Source: Seison nebaliae
Lineage: Eukaryota
Direction of reading: 5' to 3'
Assembly (NCBI GenBank): GCA_023231475.1
Contig: JALJEE010002436.1
Coordinates: forward strand, 186,001 to 250,000
DNA length: 64,000 nt
The notes under the pieces are model-generated. The model did no database searches. It was not told where the DNA came from and saw only the letters and a list, made by a program, of their open reading frames with translations. How positions within the stretch are numbered: the first letter of the stretch is position 1; each line of letters starts with the position of its first letter. The translations under genes were made by a program, and so were the position numbers. Of the stretch, positions 14,090-29,637 are shown one piece after another.

Positions 14090-15631
14090 TCAATGAGAAA
14101 TTAGAGATGATGAAGCGATCGGTCGTTGTGAACCATAAATAGAACGAGATTGATCAACTTGTTGCAATCTCTCCATTTCCGGGAGTCCGGTACTTCGATT
14201 AGATGAGCGTAATGGATTCGAATCGGTATGTGAAAACTCAACATTATTTCCATTAATTGTCATTTGTTGAGTTTGTGGGAAAGTCGATTGATCATTACAA
14301 GAATAGAATGTTTGTGGAATGGATGAAATCAGATCAGAATTACATAAAGGTTGTTGCATATTCTGATTTGTCGTTTGTAAAAGGAATTCTTGTTGTTGTT
14401 GAATATTGGGATTGAATGATTGAGATGTAGATAAAGTTAACGGTTGTTGCTGTTGTTGTTGTTGTTGAAGAGAATGTTGGAATGTATTTGAATAATTCGA
14501 ATTTGTATCAGTTTCATTGAGACAAATTCTCTTATAATTATTAGGAAAAATGAAATTTGTATTATTATTTATTAAATTCTTTTGAGCTAAATCCTGTTGT
14601 TGTTGCTGTGATTGTTGTTTAGACATTGATCGTAGAAGTGAATTATATTTTTTCACGGCAGCATTTTCCATTAATTGTCGTCGAATAAATTTTTCTTGTT
14701 TACCAATTTTCTGAAGTAGCCACATCGCTAAATAAATGTAAATGAGTTGGAGGAAGAAGATGGATCCCATCGTACATCCTAATTGAATCGAATAATCGAT
14801 GACCCATTCCTTCAAAATGTCGAAACAACCGACTGAATATCTCGATCTTCCATTCCCATTCTGACATAGAACGGATGAAGAAGATGAATATTGGAAGTTG
14901 TCGAATGCCATTTCCTCTCGATTTCTCCCGTCATACATCCGACAACATGACGGTGGGAACATTTTACCAGTCGTCAATTTATATTTACTATTCGTATAAT
15001 CGACAAACGATGACATTCCACAACATTGACCGATTGTTTGGAGGAAATCAATACCTCGATCGAACGTCGTATTTCTTCCCGTATAATTGGACCGGATCGC
15101 TTCGCTCAATCTGATTTGGAGTTCATCCGACCATTGTGTCACATAAATGCCGGAGAGTAAAGTGAGAATGAAAGATCCGAACCAAATGATGAGACAAAGA
15201 ACGAGAGATAATTGTAACGCCATTAATACGATACGATAAATTGCGTATATTGAGAGTGAACCGATTAACATGAGAACAATTCCACTGAATATCATCGAAA
15301 TACAGATATAATATAACCACGGATCTCTATCCGGTTCCCCATATTCATAACAAATCGAAGTTAATTGTTCAAGAATTGGAGAGAAACATCGATTAGTAAC
15401 AATTCGATTCAAAGAAATAAATTTCCAATGTTCACTCAATAACACACTACCATAGACCATTATACTAAATCCTCCAATAAACAGAAGGAAGGACATAATC
15501 ACGAAACATGTTCGTCGACACTTCAGTTTACCTTCTCGACGTCGACTCTCAATCTCATCCAACAACATCTTCCTCTTCTCTTCTTGATCTCGCAATTGTC
15601 CGTTCTCCATCGTCAATCTCGAATCGATCAT
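14090..15631 (-). CDS. Tetraspanin with a long Q/N-rich C-terminal tail, intronless
   Basis: Four TM helices; EC2 CCG and PPSCC motifs; GC before TM4. Confidence 0.85.
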   Translation of the reverse strand: MIDSRLTMENGQLRDQEEKRKMLLDEIESRRREGKLKCRRTCFVIMSFLLFIGGFSIMVYGSVLLSEHWKFISLNRIVTNRCFSPILEQLTSICYEYGEPDRDPWLYYICISMIFSGIVLMLIGSLSIYAIYRIVLMALQLSLVLCLIIWFGSFILTLLSGIYVTQWSDELQIRLSEAIRSNYTGRNTTFDRGIDFLQTIGQCCGMSSFVDYTNSKYKLTTGKMFPPSCCRMYDGRNREEMAFDNFQYSSSSSVLCQNGNGRSRYSVGCFDILKEWVIDYSIQLGCTMGSIFFLQLIYIYLAMWLLQKIGKQEKFIRRQLMENAAVKKYNSLLRSMSKQQSQQQQQDLAQKNLINNNTNFIFPNNYKRICLNETDTNSNYSNTFQHSLQQQQQQQQPLTLSTSQSFNPNIQQQQEFLLQTTNQNMQQPLCNSDLISSIPQTFYSCNDQSTFPQTQQMTINGNNVEFSHTDSNPLRSSNRSTGLPEMERLQQVDQSRSIYGSQRPIASSSLISH

Positions 15632-16027
15632 TTTAATTCTTCTATCAGATAAAATCTATCTCATCCATAATAATCATACTTCCTTATTGACTTATCAGAA
15701 AAAACGAAAGAAGAGAAACAAATAATTTTCTATTCCCAAAAATTCAATTGGTCATTTTTTTCTATTTTTTTCCTAATCAATTAAGTTCATCCATTGGCCA
15801 TCTTCTAATTTAAAATTTAAGCTTCTTTCTCCATTATAATTAGAAATTCCCTCTTCCATTCTCCGACAATTTCATGTACATTATCTCTCTGGATTTTCAA
15901 TTCGTACGAACATTATATTAATACAAGCTAATTGTTGACGCTTGACCAACAATATTATATAATTTCTTTTCATACAAAATAATTTCTCAAATAAACTTAC
16001 TTAATAATTTTTGACTCTTTTGACTAA

Positions 16028-16158
16028 TTTGATGGTTTCATTTAATCCCATTCCATAGAGTTGATCGAAATAAATATCAAATTCATATTCCATTACCACC
16101 TAAAATCGATCCAACTGTCACGATGATGCAATTTGAAGAGAAACCATATGTAACATAT
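16028..16158 (+). pseudogene. Duplicated fragment of PSMC2 (intron 1 3' end plus part of exon 2)
   Basis: Matches 20107-20242 except for a 5-bp deletion and 2 substitutions. Confidence 0.9.
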
Positions 16159-17625
16159 AGGAATATTAGCATAGGAATAATTAATCATTAAAATTAATAA
16201 TCATAATTAATTTAATGGTGATTAATTTTACAGCAAATGAGGAATAAATTTTATTGTCAATTCTCCAAAATCTCTAACGGAAATGTCTTCATATCTTCTT
16301 ATTTCTTCCATTATTTCGTTGAGTCTTACAGAATTAATATCTTGATAATTAACAACCGTTAAATTTAGGTAGTTGTAATACAACAATTCAACTATTGAAG
16401 AAATAATAGTTTTAGAGATTAAGATTTTTGATTAGATAGCATCTATCTTTCATTTAACTTTCCCATTAGATAGATTCCTTTTTTTTCTTAAGATAAATTT
16501 AAGATGAAAAATTACTAGTAAAAGTTTCTTGTTTATATTGAAAGTACTGCCGGAATACATTTCTTAACATTGTCCTACTCTAAAAGTATGTATAAATGGA
16601 AAAGAAAGATTGGAAATTTCCCGATTATTATTTCAATCATTTTGAATTTTGATTTGTTTAGGTTAGCATATTTAAAATATTATTTAATGGGTTAAAAAGA
16701 TGTTTATGGTCCTGAGATTTACGATAGCAGTCATGTTAATGGGACTATTCGGATTGATGATTTTCGTTGTACACTTCATATCCGAAAAACATTGCAAGGG
16801 ATACTTTTTTAAAAAATCGGCGGTTGATCTCGAATCGAAACTTGAGAAGGTAGTAACTTCAGTGGATAACAGTACTGATGGTTCGAATAACTCAAATTCA
16901 TACGACAATTTAATAGTGGATGCTTACTCAATTCCCATTCATGTCCATTATTCTTGATAGTTTAATCTTCCTAATGAATACTAGCACATTAAATTTTTTC
17001 GCTTAGAAAATTTACTCACTATTGTATTTGATCAAATGGATACTAAAATTTCCTATTATGTATTATGGTAACATAATGTCCAACCCATCAAGGGTCAAAA
17101 CTACAATTTTCGTAATATCGTAAAAATCCTATATCTTAAATTATGACATTATTTCATATACTTTTGGTACATGATTAGACCAACTAAACTTCACACTTTT
17201 AACAAACTGATTAATTTTCATCCAATAAAAAAATCATCCAAGTGTTCATCACGGTCATCGGACATTTCGACTTACATTTCCGTATAAAACACCCAACACT
17301 TGTATGCGTTTGTGTAAGGGCAGATTGATTATTCCTATAAATTTGATATGTTACATATATTTTTAGCTCGCATTAGTGACTTTTGCCAATATATTAAAAA
17401 TAGAAATCTTAAAATTGATGAAGGTATAAATATCTTTAAAAAAAGGTCTTCGATATTGTGCTGTTTGAAAAGAGGAATCGAATTCAATGTGTATTATGTC
17501 CCACATTATGTGTGCTTCCAAACGTTCTGTCATATATATTTTTCTTGTAACTGTGAGTAAAAATCGATGAAAAAGTAAAAAATGAAAATGAAATGAAAAT
17601 TATTTTAATTTGAGACTTTCTAAAA

Positions 17626-18625
17626 TCAAGAAGATGTATTACTTTCATAACAACATTCTTCGGTGCCATTTGAAATGAATGAATACATATCGACGTGTTC
17701 GGGTAAATTATCATCATTTCGACAATATTGCGTAAAGATAGAATTATCATTTTCGTTCTCGTTAGTTCTTTTCCATGGTAATGGTTCTCCCGTCGTACTA
17801 TTCAATAGTGTCCTCTTCATTTGTTGTTCCTCATCCATCTGATGAGATCTCTTCATTCCTCCACATAACAATTTAATTACGTCTTGTAACATATCAGTGT
17901 CTTCCTTTTGTTTGTTGAGCGTGGAAGATGTAGAATCATCTGAATGATCGTTTCGTTTCTCTAATGAGGAAATTGGGTCAACTGTTGACTGCGATTTAGT
18001 TTCATTGGTTGTTCCATACGAATTTTTCCTCAAAAGCATTTCCCTCTCTCTCGAATTTCTCCATTTCATTCGTCGATTCTGAAACCAAATTTTCACCTGA
18101 AAATTTATGTGAAAAAAATCTTGAAAATAAATTAAAATTTTGAACTTGAGAATCTTTCAGATTCAAATCAGACGAGAGTTTCCTCCGTTCCGGTTTGCTA
18201 ATATATTTTTGTTTTTGGAATGTGATTTCCAATCCTTTTCGTTGTTGATCGGTGAAGACGGCTCGTCTCAACATTCCTCGTTTGTTTGGACGTTGATCGG
18301 AAGTGGAATTTATTTGTTTTCCTTCTCGAATATTGATGGAATTGATGGAATCATTGGTTGAGATTGAAGTTGAAGTTGGATCGGGAGAAAGTTTGGGTGA
18401 ATCAAGAGTTGACGATTCTAATTTGTCATTATCTTTTTCTGATAAATTTAAATGAAGATCCATTATTTCATTTGGTTTATTATTTGAATTTCTTCTATCC
18501 ATCGACATTAATAAAGAGTAGGCGATAAACGAGTCGAGAACTTGACTCAATTTTTGAGGAGACTCGGGAATTTCATTCGACTTCGTCTTCGTATCTATCA
18601 ACGACGCTATGTCGAACATTGTCAT
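17626..18625 (-). CDS. Dbx: Dbx homeobox protein; intron 18097-18145
   Basis: eh1 FDIASLI; RGMLRRAVFTDQQRKGLE..FQKQKYISKPERRKL...[24 protein letters not shown]. Confidence 0.93.
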
Positions 18626-19660
18626 GAATGAGATGAGATCTGCGATAAAAGAAACAACGATATTTCTTCAATCTCTACTTTGACTTAAACGGATTTATTG
18701 GATGGAATTTATTATTGGAATTTTGTTTTCAAGAGGAATTTGTCAAACGAAACTATTTCCACTGCCAAATAAGTTAATCGAATTTAGCTGCCTTAAGTGC
18801 CGCTCTTGTTAACTGGATGGAGGAGAAATATGAATAGAAATCAAATTCTCCTAAGAATCGAAAGTTGAATGAAACAAGAGAGGAAAATATTTGGAATGAA
18901 CTTTGAAGACACTATATAATTGATGGATATATTTCTCATTCATCACAAGTAATTGACTCCGACAACCAACTCGTCGATAGTGTTAAATCACGTAAATCAA
19001 TTAAACAATGCTCTCAAATGGTGTTTTTTAGGGAAACGACGAAAAACATGAATTTGGAAAGAGAAGTCTCTATTCTAATATATTTTATTTGAATTCCATA
19101 AATTTTCTCATCTCCTCATTCAATATGGCTCATTCCATATCAACCCAACACTTCTTCATGTTACTTTCTTGGAAATAGACTTTTAAATTTTAGTTAATTA
19201 ATTTCTCTCTTTTTCATGGAAGGAAAGAATTCATGTCGATTCTCTACCAATTACAATTGATATTTAATACCGTTAATATGAAAAAAGGATGCGTGACATA
19301 TCTTGTAAAATTTCTTGCCTTTTTTTCCACGATCGAAATCATTCCCTAGTCTATTTAGTTATTGTTCATTCGATTCTCTTCTTCATTTGTCAAAAGAAAA
19401 CAATTCGACATCGAATATGTTTAGCGGAAAGATCAATTTTTAATTCAAATGACATGTTCACTTTTATTATCAAAATCATTTTATTGACAATCACTTTCCA
19501 TCTCAAATCATTACTCGAGTTCTCGCCAGCTGAATGATGGAAAAATACAAATAAATATTGAATGGAAATTTATTGGAGAAAGAAAATATAATTTATTAGC
19601 TGAAATTGAGAAGATCGAAATTATTCATATTTATTTCTTAATAGTGTCCTATAGGAAGTT

Positions 19661-21123
<1,463 letters not shown>

Positions 21124-22478
21124 TTAATATTATTCAATTGTTGACGAAAATATATTGAGAATTGTTAAAACTATAATTTTATTGAAGAGAAATTTTTTGG
21201 AAAATTAAATTTTTATTTACTTCATTCATCAGACATATTCATTATTACTTTCATCTTTGGTTCAGTGAAAAATCTTATTTAAATCAGAAAGTTAAATTCT
21301 TTTTATCTATTTAATGATTATCAGAAAACTTACTTCATATTTTTTCATGTAAACATTTAAATTATATTTTCTCTGAAATTCATAACTTTCTCTCAATCTA
21401 AAAAAAAATTTGAAAAAACTATAATTTTTACAAAAAATATCACCGTTGATTGTGGAATTGTGAAAAGTGTGTTTATTCGCATATTTATTAATAAAATTTA
21501 AATGCCAAGTTTGGAATTGATAAAATTTCATGTTCATAATAATGTTATCCTCAATTATTAAGTTCAGTTAAATGGAAAGCCAAATAAATGTCTATGTTTA
21601 ATTGACCTATCACATATCCATATCTAAAGTTGCACTTCTTCAAAAATAATAATGAAATTCTCATTATTTACACGTATCTTTATAGATGCCGCCAACATAT
21701 TCATAGAGAATAAAATTATTATCAAAGTGTTTTGTTTAGGAAACACAATAAGAATGGTTGAGTGGTCTAATTGAAATTTAATTATTCTGATTGTTTGAGA
21801 GTGATAGTTTGGATTAAAAGTAGCCGAAATATATCAAATAAAAATTTCAGTGATATCGTCTACTCTCGAAATTGAAGGAAATTTTTTCAAATATGAAGCT
21901 CGAATTATTAAACTTTTCCATTAATCATCTTTAGTATTGTGGAATTCAATTGTCTAATAAGCATTGCACGTCGTTCGACGGTGGCGGAGGTGGGAGATGT
22001 TATCGTAAATAATTTCCATATGTTCCCCAAATGTTCGTTGGAGGATGGAATCTAAGAATTTATCTGTCAAATATTATATCGATGGATAAATATGAGACTG
22101 ATGAGTTTATTTTTGTTGATTTCGCAGATTTTCAGAAATACAAATGGAAGAATTCTAATTTGGAAGAATGACGACGTTGTCTCCGAATCGGAGTGAAGAC
22201 TGGCTCCAAACTGGAAGTGAGTAAATATTTTCTTCTAATTGAGAGAGATATTTGGAAAGGGAAGAGAAGAGTAATTGTGTTGCATTTTGTGTGAATGATT
22301 GTGTTGTATTGTGTTTTGTGCGAGTGTGTTGAGAGAAGAGGAAAGGAACAGCTGTGTGACTTTTTCTCTCTGGACGAAGCTGATGCATTCTCATTCCATT
22401 GCACAAACAACTTCAATTCATTTATATTTTGAAAAAATTTTCCCTATTGGAACGATCGAGTTCTTCTCTTATTTGATT

Positions 22479-23640
22479 ATGATGCAAGACAACGAAGATG
22501 ATGATGATGATGATTCTTATTATTTAGATGAGAATGACATATCTCTCAACTCTAGTCATCACACAATTTCACAAATTCAAAGTGCTCCCATCACAAATAG
22601 CGCCCCCAAAGAAAATGGGGATAATAAAACGGCTCAAAAAACTCCTGTCGTTCGTAGTAATTCGATGATAAGCGATTTTGATAAAACACGAAAACAAAAA
22701 TTGAGTTTGGATCAAATCGAAAAATGGAGTAAATCCACTTACCGTTGTACGAAACAATTAATTTTTGAAAAATTGGGGAAACTTCAACCGACGAAAGATC
22801 CTCAATTAGACGAAGAAGTCGAACGTCTTAAACGAACAACAACAACTCTCGACAAACTATTGAAGAAGACGAAACAGATGACGAGACATTTCCACCAATT
22901 CATTCAGAGTCAGAAAGAATTGGGAGAAGTTTTCCAAGAACTTGCACATACTCAGCCGTCGTTACTCGATTTGTTGAATGAAGCCAGTTCAGCACAATCC
23001 GACTTGCAGAAGAATGGCGAAAAATTATTAGCTGCACTCCATTTCTTTGACGATAATTTATCCACTCTCATCTTCCGCACCATCGATGATACACTTCTCA
23101 CTATCAGGAATTATGAAACGGCTAGGTTCCTTTTTAAATTCTCTTCTTATTCAAACTCTTCATAATAAAATATCGAATAGATTGGAGTATGATACTTATC
23201 GTGTACAATTGGATGATTTGAAAACAGGTATAAGAACAACTTCAAAAGTAGCATCTCAGAAACAAATGGAGAATGAATTCAATGAGAAACGATCACGATA
23301 TGAGAGACTGAAAGAAGATGTTCTCATTAAAATTCGATTATTGGATGAAAATAAAGTTCCTTTAATTAATTATTTAAATTAATAATAATTATCATTTGAA
23401 AGGAGAAAGTTTTACAGAATCAATTGATTCTATTCAATTTAGCCATTAATGCTTACTTCTCTGGTAATGCAGAGAATCTTGAAACGGCAATGGAAAAATT
23501 CAATATCAAAGGTTTTTCTTCATTTTTCATCGATTTAATTATTTATCTGTATTTTAGTCGACAATTTTAAAAACGAACATCAATCTTCAAACACTTTAAT
23601 GTCATTTCTAGAACAGTTAGTAGAGAAAGAATGTCGTTAA
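22479..23640 (+). CDS. ARFIP: Arfaptin (AH/BAR domain); 3 introns
   Basis: WSKSTYRCTKQLIFEKLG, TIDDTLLTIRNYETARLEYD.YR, IKIRLLDENK, AYFSGN. Confidence 0.9.
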
Positions 23641-24542
23641 ATAAACTATTCCCAATTCACTACGACTTTAATTTGAATAGAAGTTCTCTAAAACTTGAAA
23701 AGAAAAGATTCTCCTTGAAGAGTAAGTCGCTAAAGTCATTATGATATTTTCCTCGTTTCTTCACATTTAGTTGAAATAATTTCTGTACCTCACTAAAATT
23801 GATCGATTCATTTGAGTTTCATTGTCTCATTTCTTCTACCTTCCGTAGGTATCAACATTAGAAAGAGTTTCCGAAGACGAACGACTATCGAATGAACAGA
23901 AAAGACATGTGACATCTAATGAATTCATTTAATTTAATTTCTAATAAAATATCATTTTTCTTTGAAATTGCGACAGACTAAATATTTGAATTAAATAAAA
24001 TTTATTGTTTGTCAAGAGAATTCATAAATTTCCCATAAAGGGAAATCTCAATGATTCTTCTCTTTCTGTCAATAAAGAAATGATCAGCACTACCAAACAA
24101 AGACAGACGTCGTCGTAGTCGAGCTGATAATGGGAGAATGTTGAGCATTCTTTATTTCATTATTTTTTCTTTCTTGTCAGTTTTATTTGTTGGGGAGAAG
24201 GAGATAGAGAGACGAGAGAAACGAAATGCAGGTAATAGGAAATGTAAAAATTGATGAATTTCCTCTAATTTCTTTTTCATTTCATTATGAAGAATAGTAA
24301 AAATTTTAATTTCTATCGTTTAATTCAATGTTTTAAATTTAGTTTAAATTTTCTTTTCCTTTTCATTTTTCTACATTAGTCTATTCCCTTTCTAATTACT
24401 GTTATCCTACGAAAATATTTCTTACTATTCGTTAGATTAGTCGGTTTTCATTTTATTTATTTTCTTTGTAGAAAAATGACTTTTATCTATTAGAATTAAA
24501 TTTAATAATTTTTCCGATTGAAAGAATTTATCATAATATCAA

Positions 24543-25067
24543 ATGAATGATTTCGAAGAGAATCGACGAAGACCATCGTATACGGGAGAAAGTTTATACC
24601 AAACTCTCGGTGTAACAAAACTTGTAACATCAACTGAATTGAAACGAGCATATCATGCACGAGCACGTGAACATCATCCTGATAAGAATCCTGACAATGT
24701 AGCAGAATCAACACAAAAATTTCAAAGTATCAATAAAGCATATCACGTCTTGTCCAATCCAGAAAAGAGGAAATTTTATGATCGATATGGTTCTTTCGGT
24801 CTCAATTTATTGAGTGTTGTTGGTGAAGAGAATTTACCTGGACTCAAATTCCTATTGGGACCATGTTGTTCATGTATGATCATTCTTTGTGGTTTGCTCT
24901 CTTTATGCTATTGTTGTTGTTGCTGTTGTTTCTGTTGTGGGAAGTGTATTCCGAAAAATCCTCCTGATGATATGGAAACGGATCAGATAGTTACTGAACA
25001 ACCATCATCACATATGGCACCGGATAGACAACCAATTGCTTTATATGACGCACCACCACCAAATTAA
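24543..25067 (+). CDS. DNAJC5: Cysteine string protein (J domain plus Cys string)
   Basis: GESLYQTLG, HPDKNP, YDRYGSFGL, CYCCCCCCFCCGKC. Confidence 0.93.
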   Translation: MNDFEENRRRPSYTGESLYQTLGVTKLVTSTELKRAYHARAREHHPDKNPDNVAESTQKFQSINKAYHVLSNPEKRKFYDRYGSFGLNLLSVVGEENLPGLKFLLGPCCSCMIILCGLLSLCYCCCCCCFCCGKCIPKNPPDDMETDQIVTEQPSSHMAPDRQPIALYDAPPPN

Positions 25068-25485
25068 ATTTCGATGTATCAATTCTTTAATTTCTACTTA
25101 TGATATCTCCGAAGTGATTTGATGAGATATGAACAAGAAAGAGAATCGACAAAAATTTGAAAAAAAAAAACATTATTTATAATCCAAAACAACAACGTTC
25201 CTCCCAAATTTTCATCGGGAATTTATTCAATTTTAATTTATCTATTTGTTACTTTCTAGATATTATTATCATTTGGTGATTCTCAAAAATAATTCTACAA
25301 ATTATGATTTTTATCTCGTCTATTCTCTTTCTTTCTCTCTCTCTTTTAGAATTCTTTTCCGCTCCAACAAACCATTTCTTATTCGTCTTTCAATTCCATC
25401 AACTTTCGGAAAATTAACTTCCGTTTGTATATAAGTTTCCGCCTCTTCCTAATATTTGTCTGAATGATCTGAAGTGATGGCAAGG

Positions 25486-25505
25486 GAGAGAGAGAGAGAG
25501 AGAGA
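25486..25505. repeat. (GA)n microsatellite
   Basis: About 10 GA units. Confidence 0.85.
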
Positions 25506-25841
25506 TTAATTTCTTGCTATTCTGTCAATTCGAATTAAAATATTTATTTTTGTGACAATGATCACACACTATTTCTCATTCATTTGTGAGTCTATATTTA
25601 TGATCAGTGAGTCTGTTTTCTTTTTCCATCAGATTATTCTTCTTTTCAATAAACAACTAATCGTTTTCTGATGTGATTCTCAATATTTTATTTTTACATT
25701 TGACGACGAACAACGACGATTAACTATGAAAATAATAAAATTAAGACTAAAAATAAAATGGAAATTTTTAAAATTATTTAAAATTTTCGACACGACCAAA
25801 TTAAAATTTTCTTGGTTTTACATACACATCTCTATCTAAAT

Positions 25842-26801
25842 TCACAGTCCTTTATTGAAGAAGACATGTTCGCTCTCTTTCATCTTCTCCAACTTCTTCT
25901 TCGATTGTTCTTCCAATTGAGATTTCTGGAGTGATGATCGTTGTGGAAATAGAGCACAACAGAGAGGAGTGGCGAAAATGAGGAAGAAACCACATAGACC
26001 AATTTGAATAGGAGATGATAAATAAGATTTATTTTTCATAAATTTTTGTTTTTCCAACAATTGCATGATAGCCGGCGTCATCGTCATTGATGGAATGGCC
26101 ATCGCAATTCTCGATACGACCACGGCTGTTATAGCTTTCTTAGCAGCCGCCGTTGATTCAATATCTAATTTCTCTCCTTTCTCTGTTGTTAATGGTAAGC
26201 CATTCTTCAATTCTAATTGTCTCATAAATGGAATATTCAAACAATTAGCTAATGCTACAGCACCAAATGGAACTAAACGAGACAACATTGGACGACCTTT
26301 CGCCAATCGTTGCAAACCAAGAGCTGATGTAGTAGCGGCAGTTGTAGCTAGAGCATAAGATTTCATGAGATCACTATTTGTTATATGTGCGTCACCTGCA
26401 CGATTCGTATAATTGACGATGGCATTAAACGACTGATTAATCCATTGCCAGAAAATGACGGTGGGAGTCGTTTTATAAAAAGTTAACATAAAACCAGTAA
26501 TGGTCATATTCATAGGAACTTGTGCCGACATACGTCCAATCAACATCATTTTCTCTCCAGTATCAGGATGGAAAGCGGAATCGACGATATATTTCGCCTT
26601 CCACAACTCGTCCAAATTGACGTCATTTAAACGATCATTTTGATAATCGTCCACCATTTTTTTCGCCGCATCAAGTTGTGCATTACTCTTCAAAATATTC
26701 AATGGATTTGTTGAAACGAAAAAATGTTTCGCTCTACCAAGATATGTCGATTGGTCCCATTTGGGTTTATGGAGATCAATTTTTTTTTGTATCTGCTCCA
26801 T
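25842..26801 (-). CDS. SFXN: Sideroflexin (SFXN1/3-like mitochondrial carrier)
   Basis: PKWDQSTYLGRAKHFF, DSAFHPDTGE, FWQWINQSFNAIVNYTNR, FNKGL C-terminus. Confidence 0.96.
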   Translation of the reverse strand: MEQIQKKIDLHKPKWDQSTYLGRAKHFFVSTNPLNILKSNAQLDAAKKMVDDYQNDRLNDVNLDELWKAKYIVDSAFHPDTGEKMMLIGRMSAQVPMNMTITGFMLTFYKTTPTVIFWQWINQSFNAIVNYTNRAGDAHITNSDLMKSYALATTAATTSALGLQRLAKGRPMLSRLVPFGAVALANCLNIPFMRQLELKNGLPLTTEKGEKLDIESTAAAKKAITAVVVSRIAMAIPSMTMTPAIMQLLEKQKFMKNKSYLSSPIQIGLCGFFLIFATPLCCALFPQRSSLQKSQLEEQSKKKLEKMKESEHVFFNKGL

Positions 26802-27175
26802 CGAAAACACTTGTCGTCGTACGAGTTATCTAATGAAATAACATGAAATGTATAAACATAAGCCTAACATTCAAATAAAATATTACGTCAAATTATGTAA
26901 TATTTAAAAATATTCTCTCACACAATATTTTGAAGAAAAATCACAGGAAAATTAATTATCTTTCTATTTATCGCATGTCAATTGGGATGGGTGGAAATTG
27001 TATGTGAATGATAAGTAGAGAGAATTTAAGTTTTATTTTTTAAATTTTATCTAAATCGATATAATCTTATCATATAGTCAACAAATTAGCAGCAGTTACA
27101 ATTATTTCCACTTCAATTTATTGGAAGTAAATAAGAAAAGAAATATATTTTAAAGGAAAACACAAATTTCTTCAT

Positions 27176-27754
<579 letters not shown>

Positions 27755-28028
27755 TTTTATCGATTAGAAGATATGATATTAAATTTTTTCACGTTACTCT
27801 TGTTGTTGTTTCTACTGAGCTTGTTATTCCAATTTCATAATTATTCAAATAAAATTATCTACTTCAATATTTTACACTGTTTTTTCTCATTTTAACAATC
27901 AATTAAAGCCACTTACTTATCTGGAAGGTTTTTTTTCTAAGGAGTTTGGATATTTCGATTTTTAGTTAATAAGAAACATAAACATTGGAATGAAACAATT
28001 TTGTTAAAACTTAAAAATTAAAGTTTAA

Positions 28029-29637
28029 TTAATAATTTTTTAAACTTTGAACAAATTTTAAAAAATCATTAAAATTAGGACGGTTGAAATTATTTGACAT
28101 TATACATTTCCCGCAGAACTCTTTAATTTGTGGTTCCGTTACCTGGTCAATAGGATAAAGGATATTATTTGACAAAATCTCAAAATTTCTCATTAAAAGT
28201 TGTTGAATTTGAAAGAAATTTAAACTTTTTCTCCAATCACCAAAGAACAATCATTCTCCAAAGGCAATTTCCCATTTACTAATTCCATTAGAATAATGGC
28301 CAAACTGAATGATAATGATTTCTCTTTATTCCAACATTCTTCTCCCTTCACTTCTTCTGCTGATATGTAGATGGGATGAGGATAAATCAATTTTTCTTCA
28401 TCGTTACGAATACAACTCCATACACTAATTTTACTTTCCAGAAATTTATTTAATAATATAGAATGTGGTGTGAGAGTCAGTTGATTGAATAGAATTGGTG
28501 ATAAATTGTCTCTCAGATGCATCAATCCATTAATTAATCGTTCCATCACTATTCTGATAAATTTGTTTGTCAATCGTTCTCCATCTATTAATAAATAACT
28601 GGAAATTAAATTCGATTTAGTCAACTAACTAATTTCTTTATATAAATAATTATGAAGTGTCTTTGTCAATTTGATGTGAGTGAATAAAAGGAAATCGGGA
28701 GATAAAGAAGCGAAATAAATTGGAGCAATGTTATTTGAATTCAGCAGTCGTAATTGTTTCAAATTTTCAATTATTTTGTTAGAATTCACTGCGTCAATCA
28801 TATTATGATGATATCGTTTCGCTATTCCTAAATTTGTATACCAAATCTGAAAAGAGAACTTTTTCAAAAAATTAAATTATTAATTTTAACTTCTCCGTCT
28901 GGTTGATGTGAAAGGAATTTAATAAATTGGACGAACGATGACGATATAAGTTGAGTTTTTGATGAGATTTGAAGATTGTTAAACAGATTAACAGATTCAT
29001 CATCACTTTCCACAAAGCTTTTGAGTAAAGTGTCGGACTGATTTTGAAGAGAAATTTTCGAAGAAAATGATTCGATTAATTTACGTAATTCATTATTCAT
29101 CGGAATATCCGTCGGAGCAATTCCATTCGCGTGTTTCTCGAGTAGAAGTTTTGCAGCCTCATAATTTCCATTAAAAATCGCGTAATGTAGTGGAGTGATG
29201 TTTTGGAGGTTCGATATATTGACGTCAAAGTGGACATAATTCAAACACTGCCACACAAAATGTTTATGAGAAAAGATTCGAATTTCTGATGAAGGACTAA
29301 CATTTTTTAAAAGTTCTATATTTTTCACTTTAGCAGCTTCGTGGATGACAGAGTTGCCCACTGGAAAGAAATTTTTAAGAATGAAATTGAATATAATTAA
29401 CAGATATTTGTAGGCAGACAAGAACTGCCTCTCGACAAAAGACATTTGACGGATTTCAACGATTCATATCGAACTGCCAAATGTAGTAAGGTGTCTCGGG
29501 ACGGGTTACTAAATGGGAAGATCAATATTAGTTTGAAATCAGTTCGAATATAACCAGTAGTTGATGTTATTGTCCACATTCGTCAACCATTCGTCTAGGG
29601 AATCGGATTTGATGATTTCTATGATTTTTCTCTCCAT
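28029..29637 (-). CDS. ILK: Divergent integrin-linked kinase-like protein (ankyrin repeats plus pseudokinase); 6 introns
   Basis: N-terminal WLTNVDNNIN resembles ILK WLDNTENDLN; ankyrin TLLHLA and TPLHYA; kinase-like C-lobe SLAIILMELVNGKLP...KCIMSNNFNRPNF; no HRD/DFG. Confidence 0.65.

Noticed and set aside
16700..16957. 85-aa ORF with a hydrophobic N-terminus
   Set aside because: No recognisable homology; could be a chance ORF in AT-rich DNA
27912..27960. TACTTATCTGG resembling the U1 snRNA 5' end
   Set aside because: No U1 stem-loop I (GATCACGAAGG loop) or other U1 structure follows
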